From Saccostrea echinata (lineage: Eukaryota): DNA of 64,000 bases. The notes under the pieces are model-generated. The model saw only the letters and a program-made list of their open reading frames with translations, was not told where the DNA came from and searched no databases. The position numbers were made by a program, and so were the translations under genes. Positions within the stretch are counted from its first letter, which is position 1. Every line of letters begins with the position of its first letter. Shown here piece after piece: positions 51,250 through 63,200 of this stretch. The stretch spans positions 50,220,001 through 50,284,000 of the forward strand of contig NW_026889750.1 of the NCBI RefSeq assembly GCF_033153115.1. The letters run 5' to 3'.

Positions 51250-53432
51250 ATCTATTTGTGCTAATGTGTTTAGTTGATAAATTAACTATAGCACAAAAGA
51301 AGGAAGACTATATGCTTGTTTTATTGACTTTCATAAAGCTTTTGACAGCGCTATCCACACAGGATTAAAGCTCAAATTACTTCAGATGGATGTTGGGTCT
51401 AAATTTTATAATATTATAAGTAATATATATATAAGAATAGTCAGGCATGTGTGAAAATTGGAAGGTTCTTCTCGGATCCATTTCCAATAGCTATAGGTGT
51501 CTGTCAAGGGGATAACTTGAGCTCTTCCTTATTTAAAATATTTATAAATGATTTTCCATCATATTTAGATTCATGTATTGATGAAGTATCACTTCAGACA
51601 AAAACTATTAACTGTTTAATGTATGCAGATGACATTGTTATTTTATCATCATCAGCTAAAGGTATACAAGCAAGACTTTCAAAAATGGAAAGGTATTGCT
51701 CTGATTGGTGGTTAAAGGTAAAGATTCAAAAAACTAAAGTCATGATATTTAATAAAGCTGGTCGTAATATTACGCAAAAACTAATGTTTCAAAATAATAG
51801 GATATACTGCGTATCTAGCTACAAATATCTTGGAGTCCACCTAACTGTATCTGGAAGTTTTCATGTAGCAAGATCAGAGCTCTATAAAAGGCGTTAAAAG
51901 CATATTATAAATTGAGAAATGATTTTATTAATTTGAATCCTGGGATTAAAACGAGTATACATGTATTTGACTCTACTATTAAACCAATTCTTTTGTATAA
52001 TGCAGAGGTGTGGGGTGCAAGTAATATCAATACTAAAAGATTCCTAAAATGCCAAAAGTTAGAAGTTGAAGACTGTTTCAGAAATCTACTATATGAAAGA
52101 ATACACCTTAAATTCTGTAAATATATTCTTGGTGTTCATAAGAGAAGTACAAATTTTGCAGTATTGTCTGCATTGGGAAGGTTCCCCCTGCATTATGATA
52201 TTGTCAAATTCTTAATCAAAAGTTTTTACAGATTTGAAAATTTGTCCACAGAATTTCCTTTACTTTAAGATGCATATGAATGTAGTAAAAAAACTTTTTG
52301 TATACATGGCAAGAACTCATGGTTCGCATTTATACAGAAATTAAGAATTATACTGAATATCAAAGATGAAGTAATTTGTTATGGGAAGCATAAATTTAAG
52401 TCACTCTGTCATAAAACCTTATTAGATTATTATCAGTGTTTGAAATAACCGTGCGCCCGAGACGCACAAATTTTGCCGCGGACGAACAGATTTACAACGT
52501 ATCAAAGCCCGACTGGACCTGTTAAAATTTGCAATAAATTAAAATTCATATATTTGATAAATATCTCTCAAATCAACTAATAGTATCGGCAGCTAACTGT
52601 AACAAGTAAAGGGGTAGAATTCGACAGCCTATAGATTTGGGATGGAAGTTATGGTGATCGTGCCCCATTCACATTATTGCTAAAAACATTTATAATAGAC
52701 TTTTATTTTCTCGGGCTAGCAGAGTTTTGGCAGGGCTGACAACTTTCACTTGCAGTCAGCCCTGCATGTCTAGCTAATTCTACCACGAGTTTCAAACACT
52801 GTTATTATGTAAAAAATTGGTATACATGTCAACAAAGTTATACCGATGGTAAATTAAGCACATATGTAAAACTCAAACAAAATTGGGGTTATGAGAATTA
52901 TTTATCAGTAGTTAAAAATTTTCATCACTATGTAAATTTAGAATTTCTTGTCACAGATTGCAAATTGAAGTGCATGGGAAGATTTACCAACATCCCTCGA
53001 GAAGATCGATTACGCAATAGATGTAATTCTAACAGTGTAGATGATGAAACTCTTTTTTTGATAACATGTAAAAAAAAATATGATCATCAAAGAAGAGAAA
53101 TTTTTCAGTCAATCAAAAGTAAATTTCCAAATTTCTCGGCGTTAGATGATGAACAAAAACTTTTTTGGTTACTCAATACTGAAGACAAAGAAACTCTTAA
53201 TTTTGTGGGCAAATTCATAAATGATAACATGTTGTAGTAGCCGTACACTTTTATATATAGTATTCCCTTTATACCTTTAACTGAAATAGCACAATATTAT
53301 TCTTGAAATGAGCAATGTCATTTACAAATTGTTATACTACCCATTGGCATATCTTTTCCTTATTATTGTAATAATTTCATACTTGTCTGTTACGGGCTCT
53401 AAATTAGAAAATAAATGTTCTGTTCTGTTCTG
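51250..53432 (+). mobile_element. 5'-truncated, decayed non-LTR retrotransposon (LINE ORF2; clade undetermined)
   Basis: RT motifs CFIDFHKAFDS, GVCQGDNLSSSLFKIFIND, YADD, YKYLG; C-terminal GRFTNIPREDR..C..VDDE; frameshifts and stops; AATAAA + (GTTCT)n tail; possible TSD TGTAGC. Confidence 0.88.
52434..52801. mobile_element. MITE inserted in the LINE, 7-bp TSD
   Basis: TTATTAT|CAGTGTTTGAAA ... TTTCAAACACTG|TTATTAT. Confidence 0.82.
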
Positions 53433-53773
53433 TAGCGGGTATTATGAAATTCACAATTTTGTTTCTTCACCCATGGATACCATGTTCCAAAATTGGTTGA
53501 AATTGTTTCAGCGGCTCCATAGAAGAGGCTGCAAATGTTTAAATGTTAGATGACGGACTACACACAATGACGGACAAAAACAGTTTATGGCCTAAATATA
53601 ATCTTTTGTATGTTCATAGTAAGAGTGACTATATTTAAAGATGGCATACATTTTTTGACAAGTCCCCATGGACATGAAGAACATCCATTGACAAATGCTA
53701 GATCAGCATTCGCTCAATATATATATACTGCCTTTAATACACGTCAAAAAAATTTACAAAATTTTTCTTGACA

Positions 53774-53807
<34 letters not shown>

Positions 53808-54280
53808 AAAACAAAAAAAAAATCAAAAAAAAAATCACAGAAAATCTATTTCCCAAACATAAAAACACACGTGGTGGTGATGGTGGGATCCACGTTTTCT
53901 ACGGGGGGGGGGGGGTGTTTCCAAAGTCATTTTTATTAGCTTCAGTATATACTTTTAATAACTCTGAAAATTCCAGGGGGTCCTGAACCCCCCCCCCCCA
54001 TCTCCCTCTAGATCCGCGCATGACATCATATAAAAGCTATTAAATTTCTGCCTGAGTAGAATACGGACCCAATTACCATGGGTTCTAATTTAATAATACA
54101 CGCCCCTTATGCCATTTATTTTAATGATTAAAACATTAAATAATACAAGCGTATTTAAAGAGTAAGTCACATAACACCATTGGATAATTCATGAAAACAG
54201 GACAAAAAATAAGTGTAATTTGAATTTTGCAGCATAACCCGTCATCGTTTTTTATAAATTGTTGATACAAGTGGTTCAAG

Positions 54281-57200
54281 ATGGCGGCAAAGTTTGATTG
54301 TATTTTGATGCATGGACCACCTTTTTCAGTAATTCTTGATTTTATATGTTATATAACAAACTTAATAGCAACTTCATTTCTGTCATGAAATATCTAAGAT
54401 AATGTGTTAAAATTGATGCAATGCAAAGCTTCAAAATGTATTTATAATAACGGAGAGACTACATAACATACATCATCTCGCTAGAGCGCGGTTATCCCTC
54501 TCTAGGTTAGAAACAATTCCCCTGTAGAGAGATCATCTCGCTAGAGCGCGATTATCCCTCTCTAGGTTAGGAACAATTCCCCTGTAGAGAGATCATCTCG
54601 CTAGAGCGTGATAATCCCTCTCTAGCGGAAGAATAAACATTACCATAAACAGGTGTTTTGTTGTTTTGTTTACAAAATAATCAAATATTGCATATAAATG
54701 AGTTGCTGAATTTTAATGAATGAAATCAAAATACTATTTTATTGATTTGTTGCAATTACTGACAGTATTTTGTTTTTCACATAACAAAGCAATTACTGAC
54801 TGTATTTTTGGGCAACCTTTCTTCCCTCTGGGGTTAACATAATCAATTGCAGTTGCCCTCAACCCCCAGCCAATATATGTATATTATTTACATCTCTGGT
54901 AAAGGTTTAAACTATATTTAAAGAAGCAAATATTTCGTGACAATTTTCTGTTGTTTTACCATGAACTAACTGTAAGATTTGTTAATAAACATGATAAACT
55001 TGGTATATTCATAACTGGAAATAATGAGTACAGTCAGTGTAGTTTGCTTGATAGGATAATCATTATGATTTATTTATTCAGGGGAGTGACGTGTACTACC
55101 AGAGATTTCTCAGCAAGGACCATGTTAGGATTATTCCTAAGCATATATTTTCATTACACCAGGAATATGGACTTAGAGATATTGTTCTAAATGTACATAA
55201 GTGTTTGAAGCAGGTAACCTTTACAAATGATAAACATGAACTTTTAGTTTAATATATTTTCAGGATGCTGTCATTTTATTCTACAATTTCTTCCTAAATT
55301 TAAATAATTTTAAAAATTCTGTTAGAACCAGAAAGTGGTTGTAGATGATGAAAATGGTAGTTTTGCAAAAAGATCTGCATACCTCAGGATGATTCAGAAA
55401 AAGGTAAAATGAATTAAATATACATGTATTGTATTGCACCTGTTCACTTGTTAATCAAAGTAAACCAATTTAAAGTAGCAATTTGAATTAACCTACAAAA
55501 TGCACTTTGTTACTTCAATGAAAGCTGGAGTTTAAGATTCATTAAGACATGTAGTAGATGGGTACTTTTCAGCTTCCAGAGAAGACTGTGGCTCTTATTA
55601 GTCTTTTACCAAAATATGGGGAGGCCCAAGTGTTGTGGAACCAGGAAGTATGTCTTAATGAGGAGAATACAGTGACAGTCAGCTACCCAGAGATTTCTTC
55701 CTGGTTTGATCCAACAACCGGCCAAGTGGTTTACAGCTCAAGCAAGTACTTTATATGTCTGTTAATACATGCATGTTACAAGCACATACAAATGTAATAG
55801 ACAAGAAGGCAAATGTTAGATGCCAATTCTTTAAGGTTGATTTTACTAATCATACGTCATTAGCATATTTTACTTCTACGCATAATTAACTCATTTTAAC
55901 CCAATTACTGTTTAGATGATGAACCTGACGAAGAGGAGGGATATAAAGTATTTAATAAAAAATCACATCTGGAAACCTTTTCTGCATTCAAGGTATCAAG
56001 AAATTTATTAAGCAATCTTCAATTCTTTTTCAATTTAAATGGGTCAAAAAACTCTACAAGGAACCTATTTACCAAGCCTCTGAAGAGTAATGATAAAAGT
56101 TTATTAGACTTACAGAAATTTGCTCAAGAAATTATCTCCCTTATTTCAGTTTGATATCCCAGGTCTGCTGATACAGATTGAAGCAATATATCACACATCT
56201 GATGGCTCACTGAATCTTAAGAAAGGGATGAAACAGATATGTATCCACTGGAATGAACAAAATCCTGTAGGAAGAATTATCTTCATTCAGTATGGTATGA
56301 AAATCATTAAATACTAGGAAATCACTAATTTTTGTGGGAGGTTATTTTTTGTTGGTTTCGTAGTATGAAAGGACCAATAAATTCATGTTCTCCACAAAAT
56401 GTTTAAACTTCATAACCCCCTAAAACATGTTTGACTACGAACCACGAAATGAAATCCATCCAGAATCCTTTATTTTTTCCTTGAACTACAAAAATTTGAC
56501 CCCAAGAAAATAAGTGATTTTATAGTTGGTAAATAAAAGATCTTGAAGTGATAATTGCAATTACCATGTTACTTTATTATTCAATTATGAAAGACATATG
56601 CACATACACATATACATTTTTGGGGAAATGTGTAACAGATTTATATGTGCAAAAAATGTGACTGTCTGTAGTGCAAATTTCCAAGTTTTAAGCTTTAATT
56701 TTAGGTAACAAAGAATCTATAGAGGAAATTCTACATTTGCTGACAAGGTTAGCAAAGCAGGTTAGAAATAAAAAAATTTTTCAATATTTTGTAGCTATTT
56801 AATCTTTAAGGTGTTTCTTTTCGCACTTCGTAAAATTCTGAGCTATCGTCCACTCTATTCTATCATTGAAACAAACAACATGTATATGACAGTGGGTAAC
56901 TAGGTATTATGCAGGGGATTTGACAAACCATCGTTCAATCAAATTGCAGTAGGCAGAGCTAATAACTGCACTCATGATACCCTCATCTTCATTGCTCCTT
57001 ACCAAGAAAAACTCTGTTCCTCACCAATTATAGACAAGACACTAAATGCTCCTACCAAGAAAAAAAAGGTACATTTAGTCATCGATGTAAATCCGTAATC
57101 TCAGAATGACCTATATAAAAGTATATCACATGGCTTCAAGAATGACATACCAGAATATTTGCCCTAAGGTGACAGGAAAGCCCTGGAGTGTTATGTCACC

Positions 57201-60200
57201 CAATGCCGAAGGCAGAGGGAGACATAACACACCAGGCCCTGAGGACTTTCCTGTCACTGAGGGGCAAATAATGTACGTGTACATAAATTGGCATATTCAA
57301 AATTTAGTGCAATCACTGGGTATGGAGTTGTTGGCATAATCATGAATTAGCTACACATACCGGTAGCTGTGCCATGTATTGTATTTATAAATGATTTCTT
57401 AGTGGTATTCATGAATTAGCACATTATTTGTCCACGCCAAAGCCGCTAAAATATGAAGCTTGCTTTTTTAAGTACACATACAGTATTCTGGTATGTCACC
57501 CGAGAACTTAATAGTAACCAGAATATCATAATCTAAAAAGTTTGACCAGTTACGACATGTAGAGAAGATATTACCATATAAGTTACGACATGTAGAGAAG
57601 ATATTACCATATAAGTTACGACATGTAGAGAAGATATTACCATATAAGAGGAATTTTAGTGAGACACAAATTTAGCGATTTATCCCAAAAAATTGGTGAA
57701 CATTTTTAGCGAGAAGTAATTTAAGTGTTTTTATAATGTCAAGATATCTCTAACAACCAATATGGAATACAGTAAAACACGCTAATAGTGAAGATGCTTA
57801 TGATAAATTGACACTTACAGAGAAGAGATTTTTATTACCTAGCTGTGACTTTAATTTATAGTGTATATAGGATATAACGAAATACGTTTATAACGAAGCA
57901 AAAATGTCCGCCCCGGCACTTTGTTATAAGCGTGTTTTACTGTAAATTAATTGTTAGCGATATTCAATTTTAGTGATCTTAGAACCTTTGCTAATATTGC
58001 CAAAATTCAATCCTAACTAAAAATTCTGCTTATACGGTATATTATAGCTTGATTTTCCAAGTTACTAGTCATGTAGAGAAGATATATTATAGCTTGATTT
58101 TCCCAGTTATTACATTGTAGAGAAGCTATTATATTGTAGCTGGATTTTCCTATTTATCTGTTCCACATTGTTGATCCGCCTGCTGCAGGGATCTTCTCTG
58201 AGCCTCCTAATCCAGGGATTCTGGCTTTCTTACAAAAGAGACACCATTTATTTCTACACAGTACTGTAAGTAGGCTTACTACTGGTAGAAATGTAATATA
58301 CAACACTTACAACTGTTGTGTAAAAAAAAATTAGAGAATATGATTTTAGTCAAATTTAAGTTTCTCAAAGTTTTTTGGACTTTCTGAAAGTAAGTTGGGG
58401 AGGGTGGTTTAAATCCAGTGTAAGTAAACATACAATGTTGATCTGATAGATGTGATGTGAAGTTTGCAAAAAAAGTTATATTAAATAAGAATTTTATCTA
58501 TGTTTCTTTCAAATGAAAACTGTTAAATTGAAAATTAACTGGACATAAATTGTAAAGCCCAGAGTAGGAAATAACATTTACATATAAATTGTTTTAGCCT
58601 CAAGATCACTTTTCAGGCATGTACATATTTCTAGGGAAAAAATGGAATAGACTTTATTTTTGTTTTTTCTAGAAAACTGTGTATATATACAGCAACCAAG
58701 ATCACATGACCATGGCTAGAGCTGCCGGCTTGAACTGTGTCAAGGTCAGTGTTTTCACCTGTGCCTTAGATTCACTTATTAAAGTGAACATGAATTCAGC
58801 TAAGCACAATTATTTCAGTTCAGCATTGCACACAGAAAGGCAACTATTTCTGATATAAAGCATTTGCAAAGACAACTACAAGTATTTCCGATTAGCATTG
58901 TATATGTAAAGACAATTACACATTTCAGTAGATGATGTCTATGAAAAAAAATAATAAAATGACACAAGACTCAAGCATTTTTATCAACATTTTGAGCCTT
59001 GCTGCACTTTCTTTGCAGATAACTCAGATTCTACAGAATCCAGCTCTGGTGAGTATAAAACCTACATAGTAGATATCCATTTAATATCCTCCACAATGGA
59101 ATTATATGGGATACAGAATCCAGCTCTGGTGAGTATAAAGCCTACATAGTAGATATCCATTTAATATCCTCCACAATGGAATTATATGGGATACAGAATC
59201 CAGCTCTGGTGAGTATAAAACCTACATAGTTGATATCCATTTAATATCCTCCACAATAGAATTATATGGGATACAGAATCCAGCTCTGGTGAGTATAAAA
59301 CCTACATAGTAGATATCCATTTAATATCCTCCACAATGGAATTATATGAGATACAGAATCCAGCTCTGGTGAGTATAAAACCTACATATTAGATATCCAT
59401 TTAATATCCTTCACAATGGAATTATATGGGATACAGAATCCAGCTCTGGTGAGTATAAAGCCTACATAGTTGATATCCATTTAATATCCTCCACAATGGA
59501 ATTATATGAGATACAGAATCCAGCTCTGGTGAGTATAAAGCCTACATATTAGATATCCATTTAATATCCTCCACAATGGTATTATATGGGATACAGAATC
59601 CAGATCTGGTGAGTATAAAACCTACATAGTAGATATCCATTAATATCCTCCACAATGGAATTATATGGGATACAGAATCCAGCTCTGGTGAGTATAAAAC
59701 CTACATAGTAGATATCCATTTATAAAACCTACATAGTAGACATTCATTTATAAAACCTACATAGTAGATATCCATTTAATATCCTCCACAATGGAATTAT
59801 ATGAGATACAGAATCCAGCTCTGGTGAGTATAAAACCTACATATTAGATATCCATTTATTATCCTCCACAATAGAATTATATGAGATACAGAATCCAGCT
59901 CTGGTGAGTATAAAACCTACATAGTAGATATCCATTTAATATCCTTCACAATGGAATTATATGGGATACAGAATCCAGCTCTGGTGAGTATAAAACCTAC
60001 ATAGTAGATATCCATTTAATATCCTCCACAATGGAATTATATGAGATACAGAATCCAGCTCTGGTGAGTATAAAACCTACATATTAGATATCCATTTAAT
60101 ATCCTCTACAATGGAATTATATGGGATAAACTGGAAGCACCATGTTAGTAGGTCCGTAGATGCGAGATTATAAGCTCAGTTTATTAATTTATATAGCACT

Positions 60201-63200
60201 TTCTGGTTCTTATCCAACCAAACTGGCTTATAACCACTTGGATGTATATATAATACATATTAAATTACTACTGTGCTACATTGTTTACAACATACACAGG
60301 ATACTGTATTCTACATTTAATACACCTGTGTGATCAGTAAAGTTTAGGTTTAATTATTTCATACTTTAGCCGACTTGGATAATATTGTGCATAGATCTAT
60401 GGATACTTAAATTAAAGTATTTTGTAAACAATGCATCTGATTCACATTTAAGGATTGACTTACTGGTTTTAAGGTTAGCATCAGGATATGGTCCAGGCTT
60501 GTATAAAAACCAAACTTTACAGCATCTACTAATGCTTGATCTGATGCAAGGATCAAATGCTGTGTCTGACCTAAATTTTATGGTTGAATGATTCTGGTTA
60601 AGTTCAGCATTCAGGCCCGTAGAAACTGAAAGTGCGACGGGAGGGAGGGGGCTTGGCCTGGCCCCCCACTTTTTTTTGCTTGTCAGATAATTTTGTTAAG
60701 TTGCCCCCCCCCCCCCCTTTGGTCAATTTAGGTTGTTTTTTTTGTTTGTCAGATTTTTTTTCGGAAGTTGTCCCCCCAACTTTTGAAACCATTACTAGAG
60801 GCCTGGCATTTAGACATGCTTCTATCTTATAATAAGAAATATGCAAACCAGACAAGTATTCATTGTACAAAAATAAATGTTCCGTCTGATGCAAGATTCA
60901 GGGGCTGTATCTGACATGGTTACATTATACAATGGAGTGACACTGCTTAAGATCAATGTCTGAGAATATGTTAGCGTAGTACATGTAATACTGTTGAATC
61001 ATTAGATTTCATGGTGGCTCAATTTTCCTGGATTTTGTGGGTACCTCTCATACATGAATTAACATTCTCCATGAATTAATGAATTAGGGTTGCAAAGTCA
61101 TATTTCCTATTGCAATTCCACGAACCTTTTAAATTTACGCAATTGACGAAAATTGGCCCTCATAAATTTTAATGATTCCACAGCATACAAACCAAACCTA
61201 CACAGGCTACACTGCATTGTGAATGTTTTTATTTTTTTGTTTGATGTTGAATCTGTCCTACATGGTGACTGAGGAGAAAGGCAGGAGTTACATTAACTTA
61301 CTTTTTTTTTTATCAAAATTCCTCTGCAAGGAAAGAATTATTTAATAAATTTAGAGTAATTCTCAATAATCAAAAGCAGTTTGGCAATCAGGATGAAAAT
61401 TTATAGAAAAATACTATTGAGAAAAACTGATTTTATGAGCAATGTAATACATGATGTGTAGTTAACTTTATTTTAGGTCATTGGTAGTCATGTGATTACT
61501 CGGTCCACTGTCCCAGAATACCTGAAAACAATGGAGATTTTACCTACAGACCAGAAAACACTCGAAAGACCTAATCTCCCATGTGTTACAGAGGAGGAGA
61601 ATTTCCTGAACGGCAACATGAAGTGTGTTCTCCCATACGGGAGACAGGAGTTTATTTTTGCAAAAGATTTCAAAATTGTTTTGAGGTAAAATATTTAAAG
61701 TTACTCTCTTCAAAAGTTGCATCAGTGTCAGATTGAAACAGAGAAGTTTATCAAGATATTTTTGTACATGACTCCTTTCTATTTAAAGTTATCAAGATCT
61801 GTACCAGAGCTGTGTATCAGTACTTAAACAACCAGAGAACATCTACACACAAGACGAGGAGAAAGAACGAGAATGTAATACTTCATTGAACACATCCTTA
61901 AATGAATCCTCCAGAAAACTGCCCTCATGGATGATGGGAAAAGAAACACCGCCAGTGAAAAAGTCCACACATTCCAAAACGATTCTACAGCGGACTGAGA
62001 GTTCCAGCTCCACAGAGGGGCAAGGAAGGTAAAGGGGGGATGTAGGTGTACTGTAATGATGAATATAGAGTCCAGATAATTATTGAGACAATTTTATTAT
62101 ATAGATACGGGTAATAGTCTATGATATAAATCTACTAAAATTCTAGAGAATCATAATAAATGTTCAATATCATTGTGTTTTATTGAACATTGACTTTGCA
62201 TTATGTATACAAGTATGCCCCAAAAAATTCTGAATGCAAGGTCAATATCAAACATGCCATTTTAAACCAAAAAATGTCACCTGGTCACCCGCTCAATGGT
62301 AAGATTTATGATAGGCAGTTGCAGTGAGATAAGAGGGACAAGGAAAGTAAAGGGGGGTCTAGGTGTAATGTGTAAGGATGGAAGCTGGAGGAATATAGAG
62401 TCCAGATAATTACTGAGACAATTTTGCCCCAAAACATTCTGAATGGGAGCATTCAATATTGAACAAGCCGTTATAAACAAAAAAATGTCACCTGGTCACT
62501 TGCTCGATGGTAAGATTTATGATGGGCAGTAGCAGTGAGATAAAATTTTTTGTTACCACAGAAAATTGAAATAATTAAGGCATGTTTAGTTTTGTGTGAT
62601 TTATTGGTGTGTAATCACACAGACTTATTATGTAGGAATATTTCATGAAGTGCGCAAGCACTTCATGAAAAATATGCCTACCTGCAAGTCTGTGTTATTT
62701 ACACACCAATAATTCACACTAAACTTAAAAACATTCCTTATATTTACATTTTACATGTTTAAAAGCACCAAAAATATACTCAATGTTTGAATGTCTTGCT
62801 GCCTTATATTGTTAAATTTTTTTAACATCTCTGTAGCTCATAGTGACATCACTTTAGCGCAGATTTCTTTGTGTGTATTTCCACAGTGTGAATATACACG
62901 AAAGTGACATTAAAATCAATTTCATAGTTGGTTAAGTAGAAAAATACAGCAAATCTAAAATATTTAATAATGTATTGCCTGTAAGCCACAATAAAAGTCT
63001 AAATAAGCAAATCATAACGCTTGGTTGGGTCATTGGAATGATGTGATATTGTACACTTCCAGAACAGACATTGATATTGACACCTTTAATGTGGATACTA
63101 ATATTAAATAATTCTCATTAATTTAAAGTTACACATATTTCATTTAAATAATTAATATAAATCAATAGGAAAGTGTTTTACTATATAACAAAGGACTTAC

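Larger units (their letters stand above)
47262..53595 (-). mobile_element. Old minus-strand HINE of the 9638-12058 family, split by nested insertions
   Basis: Reverse complement of the 3' terminus at 47262-47297, satellite units at 49700-50899, 5' part at 51166-51240 and 53437-53595. Confidence 0.65.

Noticed and set aside
59032-60128. CRISPR-like regular array (also 37013-38480, 20907-21492)
   Set aside because: Whole units repeat with no unique spacers, no cas genes, eukaryotic intronic context.
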